A DNA stretch of 64,000 nt, taken from assembly GCA_042408215.1 (NCBI GenBank), contig JAYFMW010000003.1, positions 64,001-128,000 of the forward strand, given 5' to 3'. This document shows, piece by piece, positions 44,101-54,135 of this stretch. The notes below the pieces were generated by a model. That model saw only the letters and a program-made list of their open reading frames with translations. It was not told where the DNA came from and did not search any database. The translations under genes and the position numbers were made by a program. The stretch's first letter is position 1; the number at the start of each line of letters is the position of its first letter. Source of the stretch: Microcoleus sp. GTDB taxonomy: Bacteria > Cyanobacteriota > Cyanobacteriia > Cyanobacteriales > Microcoleaceae.

Positions 44101-44849
44101 TTATCCTTATACTTAAAAGCTGTGAAATAGCCTTTCAAATCCTCCGAAAAATCTACACCCAAAGTGCTGGTATCCATCCGCAGATTAGAAAACACACTTT
44201 TGGAGCGTAAATAGCTAATTTCTCTGAGCAAATATTTCCGTATCTCCTCTATTTCGTTGAGATTATCGACTTTTTCCGAAGTCAACGGAGGAGTAAACGC
44301 AGATAAATCAACGCACAGAATTCTAAAATCATTCTCATACTGTAACAACATCAGAGTATCAGCTTGCAAAAACTCACCCGTTTTCTTGTAGCGCTGGATG
44401 TAGGAGTTAATCTCATCGTCTGAGAAATTTGGTGGCGCTGTTTCAAACTGAGATAATACCTTCTTAAACGCTTTAAAAACTTCTGTCTTATCGTCATTCT
44501 GGGTTCTAATACTGTTAGCACAACTCAAACTGCACTGAAAATACAAGATTTGCGATAACCTTAAAGTCCAGCCCGTAGATGTGAGGTACTCCCGGAAGAA
44601 ATTCAACCCACCAATAAAGCCTTTTTGGACAAAAAATAGACTCCACTTCTCAACAATTTTAGCATCCAAACTACCGAGGAGATTAGCTTCCCTAGTTATT
44701 TCCGCCATCATCTTTGGCAATTCTAGTTTCTGCAAATCGAGACGGTAAGAATCACCAAAATTATGAGCTATCTTTTCCTTTTGAATATATGCCAAAATCC
44801 CGATATTGAATCCTACCTCAAACAGTAGTCCAAAATCTGCACTGATCAT
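41175..44849 (-). CDS. Putative nuclease-helicase fusion (PD-(D/E)xK-like N-terminus + SF2-like helicase)
   Basis: Walker A GNPGIGKT (aa 417), Ia YVSPR, Walker B IDEITGD (aa 620), V TASGSRGLSF and VI QVIYRGRG. The N-terminus has E..AD..VDLS and QAGSY. Confidence 0.7.
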   Translation of the reverse strand: MISADFGLLFEVGFNIGILAYIQKEKIAHNFGDSYRLDLQKLELPKMMAEITREANLLGSLDAKIVEKWSLFFVQKGFIGGLNFFREYLTSTGWTLRLSQILYFQCSLSCANSIRTQNDDKTEVFKAFKKVLSQFETAPPNFSDDEINSYIQRYKKTGEFLQADTLMLLQYENDFRILCVDLSAFTPPLTSEKVDNLNEIEEIRKYLLREISYLRSKSVFSNLRMDTSTLGVDFSEDLKGYFTAFKYKDKESTKLIQAGSYAHSFYGFLQQTGILGQDAEVLFNVVGYGDRNISTISLRQDKLKLLATCAQIYKNKHTKKEISDSRSEVLDVIQLNAARSFQGGRKFVDSLLAIDKNLTKPVCHTEKIEDFVNSIDIISDKLADKLQINRGLHLRNAHAQLIVKALQSDETYIFLTGNPGIGKTTAIANFLKTHINDGFLFLYVSPRKQVNLDIIEKFKDKNTGLLCDNRLFCINTNSDIIASYSGKRTVKYISNSHDKNFEQKTVHFLKDNPEVQVKEYHQREIARKNETVIEPASLKTMGVLNSICNGIYSLINCKISNNIVATVSIQSLRMKENRQSTLDYLEQIFQDTYNKREKRVIPAKMQEISSRIKHIFIMIDEITGDDGGVEFLAGISKIVKNHELHEAKHGFNTKIIVADASIVDSDVIKQHLENTSPEPDKIYFKKLPKNSDVIEPLQVTPFEFKKLAATVINANSYPARSLEITYKVFVETVKYNENASLKENSNLVSRVQSEIIQDINQRLAIPGVEQIIVYIQNKQRLAELIEKIQKEREFNQFTDYLEIHANISEEEKEKIQECKDTAQVIFMTASGSRGLSFPKTKHILVDIPRFQIEKNLMEVIQVIYRGRGEDKYGKTLDGEDKELLFYVSYTAVYYADDADAELSLQESKLSLLNLLLILKTAVMTRISGYGYLGRDKFLMIPIGGKSVSAVGDTFSNKMASLIKTLKSESIRGNSLLKEVYTSLEELLGRGEFVLTNSDNSRHKGDSYLEMRDDFNKKFLEKCNPLAGLLSYDNLEIGHVCGSLLVVPLANQSLLENYQMRLHREIKECLEKKLLQKMYRIRDSKSSPENVISAIRGGAIELLQFLNNDVEKTQYFEQLSQQFDRYYAIPLFAFISGEEMQEYFADSGLEEPEDRRFRDILSAYMRSLYPVDSVMPIGHKYKDFPFIVFRSYSLEQSRAKMFTDKYLMSSNELNVLNLILSKDAN

Positions 44850-47800
44850 TATTTTGTACCTCCATCACCGACATTCAAGACTTCTCTTACTTTACTCAAA
44901 AAAGCCAGCGAGTTAAACTCCGCACTCCCACCCGCATGACTAAATATAGATAGATTACCAACCGAGTCATCGCCGATAATATGAGAGTATGGATCGAGTT
45001 TCAAACTAATCTGTTGACGCGCTTCATACCTCGAAAAGTGGAAGATGGTTAAATAGTGCAGTAAAGTATCTTTAATTTCACCATCATACATCAAACCTTG
45101 ACGAATATCTTGGTCATCCAGAATACCTGCATATATATTCAACAGTGTCGAGTAGGAAATAACACCGTAGTAAAAGTTTTTTTGTCCCTGCTGATCTACT
45201 TTGATACCGTTAAATAGATTAAAAAACATCACAGCTTGTTGACTAGGATCTTTTGATAAACCTTCCAGTTCCATTGTATCCTGAATGTAGAAAGATTCTC
45301 CCTTGTGTTCTTTAGGACTGCGGACATAGTATTTATCAAAAAATACCGGATAAATCTTGATATCTTGCCGCTCTCCTTTCAAAGTTTGGATGAGTTTTTT
45401 CGACATAAAAAACAATTGCTCATCTTCATCTGTCTGGGTAATGTGCAGCGTGCTTGTATAAGGTGCTTGTGCAATATACAGGAAATTTCGATAGCCATGC
45501 TTGTAAAGCTGGCTGACAGTATCTTCAAGAATTGATGGCTGACTGTAAAGGTGTTGAACACTGTAGTTTTCTGACAATGTTTTTAACATTCCGACTTGAA
45601 TTGTATCCTCTGATAGGCGTTTAATTCCCGCAACTTCGCCTAACAAGCAAGTTTTTCTCTGAAAGCGATCGCTATTACCTTTTTTCGCATCACTTTCGCA
45701 ACTGGAGACGACAATAATTGCTAAATTATTCAACTCTGGAGATAATGGAACATTCCTAAATTTAATTTTTTTAGGAAGGATTGAATAGAGGGAACTTAAA
45801 CCATTGCGAATACTGTAACCATTCGGTTTTTGCTTGACTCGAAATCCTTGAGAAGTCGATCGGTATTTTTCACTAAACAGATGAGACAATGTTTTAGAAA
45901 CGTTAGCCATAAACTTTTCCGACGGCGAAGGATGCTTTTCGTCGCCTTCGTGAAGTCTCACCATCGGAATAAACAAATTCTTTTTCGATTTATTCAGCAA
46001 TATTTCTAGGCAAATATAAGACAGTAGCGAAACAGCAAATTTGTAAACAAACCTTGCATCCGATTTCAAGCCGTCCTTGTTGTCTAAACGTTTATTGTTA
46101 TAACGAAACAACAGCAATTTATACTGTTCGGAAAAACTGTTGCTATATACATTCATCAGAGTTTCTGGAACCCACATTACAGGCAAAGTATCGATGCTTT
46201 TAATGCTATATTCCATGCTGAAATTCTGGAATTCATCAGTAGGGAAATAGCGGACATCTTCGATGGTGATAGTGACTGGTAATTGACAAATAGCTGTTTC
46301 GTTGATGCTAGATTGTTCTACGGCGATATACTGAAGTGATTCTTTGGGATTTCGTTGCAGAACATCATTGAAAAATCTACCTGTGGTTACAGCATTATCG
46401 AGGTCTTGTAGGATGCCTCTTTTGACGCTTATATGTCGCGGTTCTGTGCGACTTGGCAAAATTGTTTGCCTATCTATAAAGTCTTTTAATAATTGCTTGA
46501 GACGGGTTATTTTAACTGCAACATTATATTCAGTCAGACCTCTTTTGATACCTCGAAAGATCCCCTTTTTCTTTTCTTCGTCAGAACCTCGGAGTACAGA
46601 AATTACTGTTTCAAACCTTTGTTTTGGATCGTAAGTTAGTTCAGAGTCAGGGTTGTAATCCGGTGCTAAAGGATTGCTGTGAGAAGCAAATACAAAATAG
46701 TACAATAATGCTATTTTTAATACCTTGCGGATGAAGGTTTCGCTAGTATAGCCATCTGCTAATTCGGCTTTGTGTTCCTCACTCTCAGGATTCAACAAAT
46801 TCAGGTTATAATCAAATACAGGTTTACCCCCGCGGGCTTGAACTTCGTTGCCAAATTTTAGTTTTAAACCGAAAATATATTTACGTTCGCTGAGATGAGT
46901 GTCTGTGGTTTCTCCTAAATAACCTGCTACAATCGGAATGATGGGAAGTGCATCTAAAACTTCCGCTCTGGAAAACATATCTTGGTAATTAACTGTGACA
47001 CCGGCATAATTGACATTATAATAGCCATCTTCTTTAGTGCGATCGCCAATGTATGCTTCGAGCAACCTAATCCGCCGGATCAAGTCTTCTAAATAGATGA
47101 TACCAACACTATCTGTGCTGCTAGTGCGGATGTGTTCTAGCAGATACTCCAAGTAGGTAATTTTAGCTTCTTTTTTGAGCTTCCCTAGAGTTTCTTTGTC
47201 TACAAGTTTGAGCAATTTGTGGAAATCAGAATTTTCATCTTTAACCAGCTCATTAAGCCGACGATGCAGTTCTTGTCGATCACTTTCAGTGTCAGCATTT
47301 TCATCAATGTAATTCTCTAAACCCTCCTTCAGTTGTTGCTGAAAGATGTCTGAATCTCGCACAGCAATCGTCAATTTATGCAGTTTCAAAATTGCCGTTG
47401 TTCCAACAGTATTTGGGCGCTGTAAAGTGAGCTTCTTTTTTGCTAAGGTAGGAGAGGGTTTTGCAAAATCATATTTGAAGCCTAACTCTTGGCCGTTTCC
47501 CTGAAAAGACCGTGATTCTAAAGGCTCAATTAAGCTAGCTACGAAATTTTCAATAGCATCATTCCCTCCCACGACTGATGCTAAATGTTGTCGCAAATAT
47601 TGTCTAATTTGTCTAATCTGAGTGCCAAATTGAGTTTCAAGTTCGGGAGTGAAATTGACTGTAGCAGAATGTGCGAAGCGTTCAAAACCACCCAAGGGAG
47701 GCCGCACGTTCAAACTTGATATTTGAGCAGCTACCGCGTCAATATCTATTAGCAAGCGTCTGCGATCGCCCGAAACGCTAAACGGATTTTTCCCCCGCAA

Positions 47801-47878
47801 AACTTCTAAAATCTTGTCCAGCAAATCGCCATAGTCCACTGGAACTAAATCGCTGTCACCTAATCTTAAGATGTTCAC
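44849..47878 (-). CDS. 1009-aa hypothetical protein, putative divergent Argonaute/PIWI-like (MID-PIWI C-terminus)
   Basis: Long ORF with a GTG start and ribosome-binding site. MID-like K..SQG..N..P and PIWI-like C-terminal LT.FH....LDP motifs were seen by eye. The CDS itself is secure; the product is inferred. Confidence 0.5.
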   Translation of the reverse strand: MNILRLGDSDLVPVDYGDLLDKILEVLRGKNPFSVSGDRRRLLIDIDAVAAQISSLNVRPPLGGFERFAHSATVNFTPELETQFGTQIRQIRQYLRQHLASVVGGNDAIENFVASLIEPLESRSFQGNGQELGFKYDFAKPSPTLAKKKLTLQRPNTVGTTAILKLHKLTIAVRDSDIFQQQLKEGLENYIDENADTESDRQELHRRLNELVKDENSDFHKLLKLVDKETLGKLKKEAKITYLEYLLEHIRTSSTDSVGIIYLEDLIRRIRLLEAYIGDRTKEDGYYNVNYAGVTVNYQDMFSRAEVLDALPIIPIVAGYLGETTDTHLSERKYIFGLKLKFGNEVQARGGKPVFDYNLNLLNPESEEHKAELADGYTSETFIRKVLKIALLYYFVFASHSNPLAPDYNPDSELTYDPKQRFETVISVLRGSDEEKKKGIFRGIKRGLTEYNVAVKITRLKQLLKDFIDRQTILPSRTEPRHISVKRGILQDLDNAVTTGRFFNDVLQRNPKESLQYIAVEQSSINETAICQLPVTITIEDVRYFPTDEFQNFSMEYSIKSIDTLPVMWVPETLMNVYSNSFSEQYKLLLFRYNNKRLDNKDGLKSDARFVYKFAVSLLSYICLEILLNKSKKNLFIPMVRLHEGDEKHPSPSEKFMANVSKTLSHLFSEKYRSTSQGFRVKQKPNGYSIRNGLSSLYSILPKKIKFRNVPLSPELNNLAIIVVSSCESDAKKGNSDRFQRKTCLLGEVAGIKRLSEDTIQVGMLKTLSENYSVQHLYSQPSILEDTVSQLYKHGYRNFLYIAQAPYTSTLHITQTDEDEQLFFMSKKLIQTLKGERQDIKIYPVFFDKYYVRSPKEHKGESFYIQDTMELEGLSKDPSQQAVMFFNLFNGIKVDQQGQKNFYYGVISYSTLLNIYAGILDDQDIRQGLMYDGEIKDTLLHYLTIFHFSRYEARQQISLKLDPYSHIIGDDSVGNLSIFSHAGGSAEFNSLAFLSKVREVLNVGDGGTK

Positions 47879-47891
47879 CCTGTTATCCCCT

Positions 47892-48161
47892 TCAAAAAGC
47901 TTGAATCCACTCTTTCACTTCGTACTCAGTCCAAACCCCATTTACCCAATAAGGATCGGCTTCAACCAATTGTCGCACAGCCGCCTCATCTTCCGCTTCG
48001 TAAATTGCAAAAACTTTTGTTAAATCTTTCGTTGGTCCGATCGTACTTAATACCCCCAATTCCTTTTGCTTAGCCAATCCCGCTAAATGAGCGTCTCGAA
48101 ACGGAGCGCGTTTTTCGAGGACATCCTCGCAGTAACTTCCCCACATCACATATTTTGTCAC
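47892..48161 (-). CDS. yciI: YciI-family protein
   Basis: Motifs R...R.AHL, GP and ADPY. Confidence 0.85.
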   Translation of the reverse strand: MTKYVMWGSYCEDVLEKRAPFRDAHLAGLAKQKELGVLSTIGPTKDLTKVFAIYEAEDEAAVRQLVEADPYWVNGVWTEYEVKEWIQAF

Positions 48162-48381
48162 GGTTTTGAGCCTCGGATGAATTTGTTTTAAAGTTATTGT
48201 ACAATAAGATTAGCAGGATTTAACGAGAATTTTAAGGATTAAGATTCTTTAACCGCAGAGGGCGCAGAGGGCGCGGAGGAAGAGTGGAAAGAGAGATGTT
48301 TGTTCTAGAGTCTGTAGGGATATATGGCGCATCTTGCGTCGATCGTACTATCATATTACTAAATTCATAGAGGAGCAAGCT

Positions 48382-48951
48382 ATGACTTTATTAGACCTTC
48401 GCCTGTTGACGGTTCAAGAATATCACCTAATGGCTGAAATTGGGATTCTTGATGAAGATGAACGAGTAGAATTACTGGCAGGACAGATAGTTAAGATGGC
48501 AGCCAAAGGAACCGCACACGGTGCAGGGGTAAAACGGACTGTAGAGCTATTAGAGAACCGTTTAGGAAGGTTGGTATTGGTAAGCGTACAAGATCCAGTT
48601 CGGTTAAATGACAACTCGGAACCTGAACCAGATATTGCTTTGCTGGTGCGAGATCCACTTTACTATGAAGACCATCATCCAACTCCTTCTGAAATTTATC
48701 TGATTATTGAGGTTGCTGATACTACGCTGAGGACAGATTTGGGGATTAAAGCGACAATTTATGCTGAGTCAGGAATTGCAGATTATTGGGTATTAGATGT
48801 TAATAATCGGCAACTTCACGTATTCCGAGAACCTACTCAGGATGGTTATCAAAGTATAGCAGTTCTTGGGGATGATGCGAGTATTTGTCCTTTGCAATTT
48901 CCTGATATTTCTTTTGCTGTGCGAGATATGTTGCGGCCAATGCAATTTTAG
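48382..48951 (+). CDS. Uma2-family (DUF820) endonuclease-like protein
   Basis: Motifs RVELLAG, SEPEPD, LIIEVAD and K..YA..GI.DYW, with an AGGAG ribosome-binding site. Confidence 0.9.
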   Translation: MTLLDLRLLTVQEYHLMAEIGILDEDERVELLAGQIVKMAAKGTAHGAGVKRTVELLENRLGRLVLVSVQDPVRLNDNSEPEPDIALLVRDPLYYEDHHPTPSEIYLIIEVADTTLRTDLGIKATIYAESGIADYWVLDVNNRQLHVFREPTQDGYQSIAVLGDDASICPLQFPDISFAVRDMLRPMQF

Positions 48952-49079
48952 ATTTTAGATTTTAGATTTTAGATTTTTTGCGTACTTACCATGTTCTGCC
49001 CTTATCAGGGGATTTAGGGTATGTCGCAGTCGCCTACAAAGAATTAGGCCACTCCATATACCCTAAATTTCCTCATTTG

Positions 49080-51527
49080 CTAGCTTCTTAAACTAACGCC
49101 GAATTTCTCCACTAAAACATCGCGGACTTTTTGTTGTGCGGGTTCGACATCGGTTTCGCTTAATGTTCGATCGCCCGCGCGGTAAATTAACCGAAATGCC
49201 AAACTCCGCTGGCCCGCCGGCACGTTGTCGCCCCGGTATTCGTCGAACAATTCCACCGAATCCAGCAAGCTACCAGCCGCCTTTTTCATCGCACCAGCCA
49301 TCTCAGCAACTGCAACTTCAACCGGTGCGAAAAATGCAATGTCTCTGTCGGAAGCGGGGAAACTGGAATAGCCGGTGAATTTGCGAGTCGAATTCCTCGA
49401 ACTCCCTAACTTAGCCAACAGCACCGCCAAATCTAATTGAAACACATAAACCTGCTCAGGCAAATCTTTTTCTTGCTGCAATTGTGGGTGTAATTGTCCA
49501 AAGATTCCCAAAGGTTTCCCGTTTAATGATAACGCAGCCGTGCGGCCCGGATGCAAGCGCGAATTAGAGGAATCGCTTTGATATTCCACCGCCAAACCCA
49601 ACTCTTGAAACACGCTTTCCAAAATACCTTTGGCCTCAAACCAAGTCAAAGCGCGATCGCGCCCTCCTTGCTGCCATTTCCCAACAGTTGGATCTCCCCC
49701 AATAATCCCCGCAACTGCGTCTGCTTCCTTCATAGCATCCCCTTCTTTCCAGAAAATGCGGCCGACTTCAAAACCGTTGAGCGCGCCGTTTCCCTGCTCC
49801 AAATTGTACTGGAAAGCGTCAATCAAACCCGATAGCATTTCAGTCCGCAAAGCCGAATACTCAACAAACAGCGGATTCGCCAACACCACCTGATTTTCTC
49901 CCTCAGTTTTCACCAAAGAATAGTGCATCAACTCTGTCAAACCGGCCGCCCGAAAAGCCGATCGCACATTCCGAATTGCCGCATATTCTGGTGACAGATA
50001 ACCGGGCTCCGTTTTGCTAGGTAAAGTCTCGCAGAAATTGTCGTAACCGTGGAGTCGCGCAATCTCCTCAATTAAATCAATTTCTCTTTCTAAATCTCGG
50101 TAGCGGTAAGGCGGAACTGCGATCGCAAAAACCCGTTCTTTCCCAGCCGGAACAACTTCGCAGCCCAAGGCTGTGAGAATATGTTTCACCTCTGCCGGTT
50201 CCAAATATTCAGAACCGCCTGTTTCGCTTCTTTTCAATTTACCTAAAACCAGATTTACTCGGTCTAAACGCAATTCGAGCGATCGCGAAAAACTCAAATC
50301 ATCCGCACCAGAACTCGCCGTTTTCTGCACCGTCGCAGCGCCTCCAGCCAACTCCAAAATTAGGGCTACAGCGCGGTTGCAAGCCGTCGTCAAGGCCGCC
50401 TGATTCACCCCCCGTTCGTAGCGGATCGAAGACTCACTTCGCAAGCCTTGAGCGCGCGCAGAACGGCGAATCGTTGCCTGGTCAAAAATCGCTGCTTCTA
50501 AGACTAAGTTTTGAGTGCCTTCGTGAACTTCCGTTGATTCGCCACCCATTACCCCAGCCAACGCTACGGGTTTGTCGCTAGCAGTAATTAGCAGATTTTG
50601 TGGTTGCAAATTGCGGTTTTGTCCGTCCAAGGTTTTGAAGGATTCGCCTGTTTTGGCAAACCGGACGCCGATGTTGATATCTTGAGTTGCGGTGAAAGAT
50701 TGTAGGCGATCGCGATCGAAAGCGTGCAGCGGCTGGCCCCATTCCAGCAAAATGTAATTAGTCACATCAACCACATTATTAATCGGCCGCACTCCCGCCG
50801 CCTGCAACCGCTGCTGTAACCAAGCCGGAGAAGGTGCAATTTTCACCCCTTCAATTGCCGTCCCCATGTAAATCGGGCAGCCTTCCGACTCGGATATTTC
50901 TACTGTTAAATTAGGGCTTTCTTTCCCCTGAATCGCCACATCCGTCGCTTCGGGAATTCTCAAATTCGCCCCTGTCAGCGCCGCCACTTCCCGCGCCACA
51001 CCAACCATACTCAAAGCATCAGCACGATTCGCCGTTGCTGTCAAGTCTAAAATCACATCATCTAAACCTAAAAGCGGGCGAATATCGCTGCCCAATTCTG
51101 GGTTTTCTAAGTCAAAGATGTGAATTCCTGCCGACTCTTTGGACAGTCCCAATTCTGCTAAGGAGCAAATCATACCTGCGGAGGGAACGCCCCGCAATTT
51201 CGCGGGTTTAATTTTTAAATCTATCTGAGATAAAAAAGTCCCGACTACGGCGACGGGCACGTAAATGTCTGCCCTAGCGTTGGGTGCGCCGCAAACAATA
51301 TTCAATGGTTCTGATTTGCCAACATCTACTTGACAAACTCTCAACTTGTCTGCATTCGGATGTTGTTCGATCGCCACTATTTTGCCCAAAACCACGCCGT
51401 CAGCCCAAGTACGGCGGTCTTCGATCTCTTCGACTTCAAACCCAGCCATTGTCAGAGTTTCGGCTAATTCTTCCGGGGCGATCGCCACATCCACCAATTC
51501 CCGCAGCCAATTTAGAGAAATACGCAT
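49080..51527 (-). CDS. pheT: Phenylalanine-tRNA ligase beta subunit
   Basis: Motifs [30 protein letters not shown] and RDIAF. Confidence 0.97.
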   Translation of the reverse strand: MRISLNWLRELVDVAIAPEELAETLTMAGFEVEEIEDRRTWADGVVLGKIVAIEQHPNADKLRVCQVDVGKSEPLNIVCGAPNARADIYVPVAVVGTFLSQIDLKIKPAKLRGVPSAGMICSLAELGLSKESAGIHIFDLENPELGSDIRPLLGLDDVILDLTATANRADALSMVGVAREVAALTGANLRIPEATDVAIQGKESPNLTVEISESEGCPIYMGTAIEGVKIAPSPAWLQQRLQAAGVRPINNVVDVTNYILLEWGQPLHAFDRDRLQSFTATQDINIGVRFAKTGESFKTLDGQNRNLQPQNLLITASDKPVALAGVMGGESTEVHEGTQNLVLEAAIFDQATIRRSARAQGLRSESSIRYERGVNQAALTTACNRAVALILELAGGAATVQKTASSGADDLSFSRSLELRLDRVNLVLGKLKRSETGGSEYLEPAEVKHILTALGCEVVPAGKERVFAIAVPPYRYRDLEREIDLIEEIARLHGYDNFCETLPSKTEPGYLSPEYAAIRNVRSAFRAAGLTELMHYSLVKTEGENQVVLANPLFVEYSALRTEMLSGLIDAFQYNLEQGNGALNGFEVGRIFWKEGDAMKEADAVAGIIGGDPTVGKWQQGGRDRALTWFEAKGILESVFQELGLAVEYQSDSSNSRLHPGRTAALSLNGKPLGIFGQLHPQLQQEKDLPEQVYVFQLDLAVLLAKLGSSRNSTRKFTGYSSFPASDRDIAFFAPVEVAVAEMAGAMKKAAGSLLDSVELFDEYRGDNVPAGQRSLAFRLIYRAGDRTLSETDVEPAQQKVRDVLVEKFGVSLRS

Positions 51528-52180
51528 AGTTTAGTTAGTAGTCATTAGTTATTAGTCATTAGTCCCTAGGAATCATCAAAATTTCTGACGCATACCTAAT
51601 AGACATCTGGCAAAAAGCAAGTCAAAAACAGGCATCCAGCCTGTTCCACAATAATTATAGGAGATGTCTGTTGACTAATGCCTTCTGCATTCTACCTTCT
51701 GGCGAATACCATTTGATAACTATCTAGCCCCAGAATCAATCCAGGACTCTCAATATCATATTTATTGAATATTGTCAAGATGCTTGAGCGATTTATCAGA
51801 AAAAATGATAATTTTCCCCAAAGGGAGATGGATCTTGGCGGATGAGTAACATTCTCATGGGAGAGAATGAGGTATGCTAGAGATATCGAAAAGTGCAAAC
51901 AGCACTTAAGTTTAGCAAGACTTTACACAAAAAAGGATAACTTTAGCAAGTCTCTAAATTATCTTCAAGGGTCATCAACAGCAAAAACTCGCAACAGCGA
52001 TATGGTAAAAAACGGAAAATATCGGGGTCTAAAAGACTTAGGTGTAATTCAACTTTGCGATCGGACCCAGGGCCCTGGGGCAACTGAGAGATAAGTATTT
52101 CTAGCAGCAGCAGGAACAGGGCATTTGTACAGTCTCGTGGCGCGGGCTAGATTCAAAAAACATAAGCACACTCAATCAAC

Positions 52181-53806
52181 ATGAGCTACTGCATAAATCC
52201 CGGCTGCCCACATCCTCAAAACCCCCCTGACTCCATTCTCCAGTGTCAAGCTTGTGGCGCACGATTGCTGCTGCGCGCTCGCTATCAAGTAATTGAACCC
52301 TTAGGACAAGGAGGTTTTGGAGCCACATTCCTGGCCAAAGATATCTCTTTGCCCGGTCAGCCGAGCTGCGTAGTCAAGCAACTGCGACCCAGCAGTTCGT
52401 CGCCGCGAGTTCTAGAAATGGCGCGGGAACTATTTAAGCGAGAGGCAAAAACCCTCGGTAAACTAGGCGACCACCCCCAAATACCCAGGCTGCTAGATTA
52501 CTTTGAGGTAGAACAACAATTTTATTTGGTTCAAGAGTATGTTAAAGGCTCGACTTTGAAACAAGAAGTCAAACAATCGGGTCGTTTAAATGAATCAGAT
52601 GTTAAAAATTTTCTCTTAGAAATTTTACCGGTAGTGCAGTACATCCACAGCCAAGGAGTAATTCACCGGGACATCAAACCCGCAAATATTATTCGCCGAG
52701 TTCAAGACAACCACTTAGTTTTAATTGACTTCGGAGCCGTAAAAGATCAAGTCAGCCAAACAATATTATTAGACCCCGCCGACCAAAGCGCCAACACCAA
52801 ATTTTCAGTAGGCACATTTAGTTTTGCCCCGCCGGAACAAATGGCAATGCGGCCGATATATGCCAGCGATATCTACGCCTTGGGTATGACTTGTCTGTAC
52901 TTGCTGACGGGAAAATCGCCCAAAGATTTAGATTTCGATGGAGCCACCGGTGAAATTGTTTGGCAGTCACGGGTTCAGCTAAGTCCAAATTTTGCCCGGA
53001 TTCTCGATAAAATGCTCAAGCCGATGGTTGGCCACCGCTTCCAATCAGCAGCAGATGTCATCAAAGCTCTCAAGGGCGAATTTGAAGACGCAGACCTTTT
53101 GGAGGGCTTGGCTACTCAATTCAACGGCTCTAATCGCACAGTTGAAGAACCGACCATATTTAATGACGAGAGTTCTTCGTGGCCACCGCCCCGGAACAAA
53201 ATCAATTCAGGAGCGAAGCAAAATCTCCGTGGCAGAAGTTCCTCCACTCAATCGGGAAACACGGGAATGCAGCCGAGAGTTTCCCGGACTCTGGCTGAGT
53301 CCGGCAGAAGTTTCGGCACGGTTGCACCTGACGGTGGCAGTTTAACAGGGTCAAAGCTACCGAAAGTTCCTGCTAAGTGGGACAGCAACAGCGTGCGATC
53401 GGCATATTTTAAAGGTAAGCGCGATTTTGCCGACTGCGAACTTTCGGGTCTGCAACTGCCAAAAGCGCAGTTGGCGGGGGGAAATTTTTATCAGGCTCGG
53501 CTGGTGAAGGCAAATTTGCAAGCAGCAGATTTGTCTGGGGCCAATTTGGGTCACGCCAGATTAATTAGGGCGAATTTGCGAGATGCTAATTTGACTGAAG
53601 CTTATTGCAGCACGGCCAATTTTGAATGCGCCGATTTCAGAGGTGCTGACTTGACGGGGGCTTATTTGAGCAAGGCGAATTTGCGGGGAGCAAATTTGTG
53701 CGGGGCGAATCTTACCAACGCTACAGTTAGTGAAGAACAATTGGCAACGGCAAAGACGAATTGGATGACTACTAAGCCTGATGGTAAGCGGGTTTTTGGA
53801 TTTTAA
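52181..53806 (+). CDS. spkB: Ser/Thr protein kinase with C-terminal pentapeptide repeats (SpkB-like)
   Basis: Motifs GQGGFG, HRDIKPAN, DFG and APPE, plus pentapeptide repeats. Confidence 0.85.
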   Translation: MSYCINPGCPHPQNPPDSILQCQACGARLLLRARYQVIEPLGQGGFGATFLAKDISLPGQPSCVVKQLRPSSSSPRVLEMARELFKREAKTLGKLGDHPQIPRLLDYFEVEQQFYLVQEYVKGSTLKQEVKQSGRLNESDVKNFLLEILPVVQYIHSQGVIHRDIKPANIIRRVQDNHLVLIDFGAVKDQVSQTILLDPADQSANTKFSVGTFSFAPPEQMAMRPIYASDIYALGMTCLYLLTGKSPKDLDFDGATGEIVWQSRVQLSPNFARILDKMLKPMVGHRFQSAADVIKALKGEFEDADLLEGLATQFNGSNRTVEEPTIFNDESSSWPPPRNKINSGAKQNLRGRSSSTQSGNTGMQPRVSRTLAESGRSFGTVAPDGGSLTGSKLPKVPAKWDSNSVRSAYFKGKRDFADCELSGLQLPKAQLAGGNFYQARLVKANLQAADLSGANLGHARLIRANLRDANLTEAYCSTANFECADFRGADLTGAYLSKANLRGANLCGANLTNATVSEEQLATAKTNWMTTKPDGKRVFGF

Positions 53807-53809
53807 GAA

Positions 53810-54030
53810 GTCATTAGTCAGCAGTCATTAGTCAGCAGTCATTAGTCATTAGTCATTAGTCAGTAGTCAGTGGTCATTAGTCAGTGGTCATTAGTCATTA
53901 GTCATTAGTCAGTAGTCAGTGGTCATTAGTCAGTGGTCATTAGTCATTAGTCATTAGTCATTAGTCAGTAGTCAGTGGTCAGTAGTCAGTAGTCAGTGGT
54001 CAACAATCAACAGTCAACTGTCAACAGTCA
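53810..54030. repeat. STRR tract (TCATTAG/TCAGTAG/TCAGTGG)
   Basis: About 30 heptamers after the kinase stop. Confidence 0.95.
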
Positions 54031-54135
54031 ACTTCCCCTCCCCCAGTCAGGTGATACGCCCGGAGGAAGCTCGATCGCCCTCCGACCCCATAAATTAAAA
54101 ACTAGCAAGGTCGGATTCGTCGATCGCACCTAAAC

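Noticed and set aside
41175..47878. Type I/III restriction-modification, Cas3 or DISARM assignment for the two-gene cassette
   Set aside because: No methyltransferase motifs, HD domain, specificity subunit or other expected partner genes are present.
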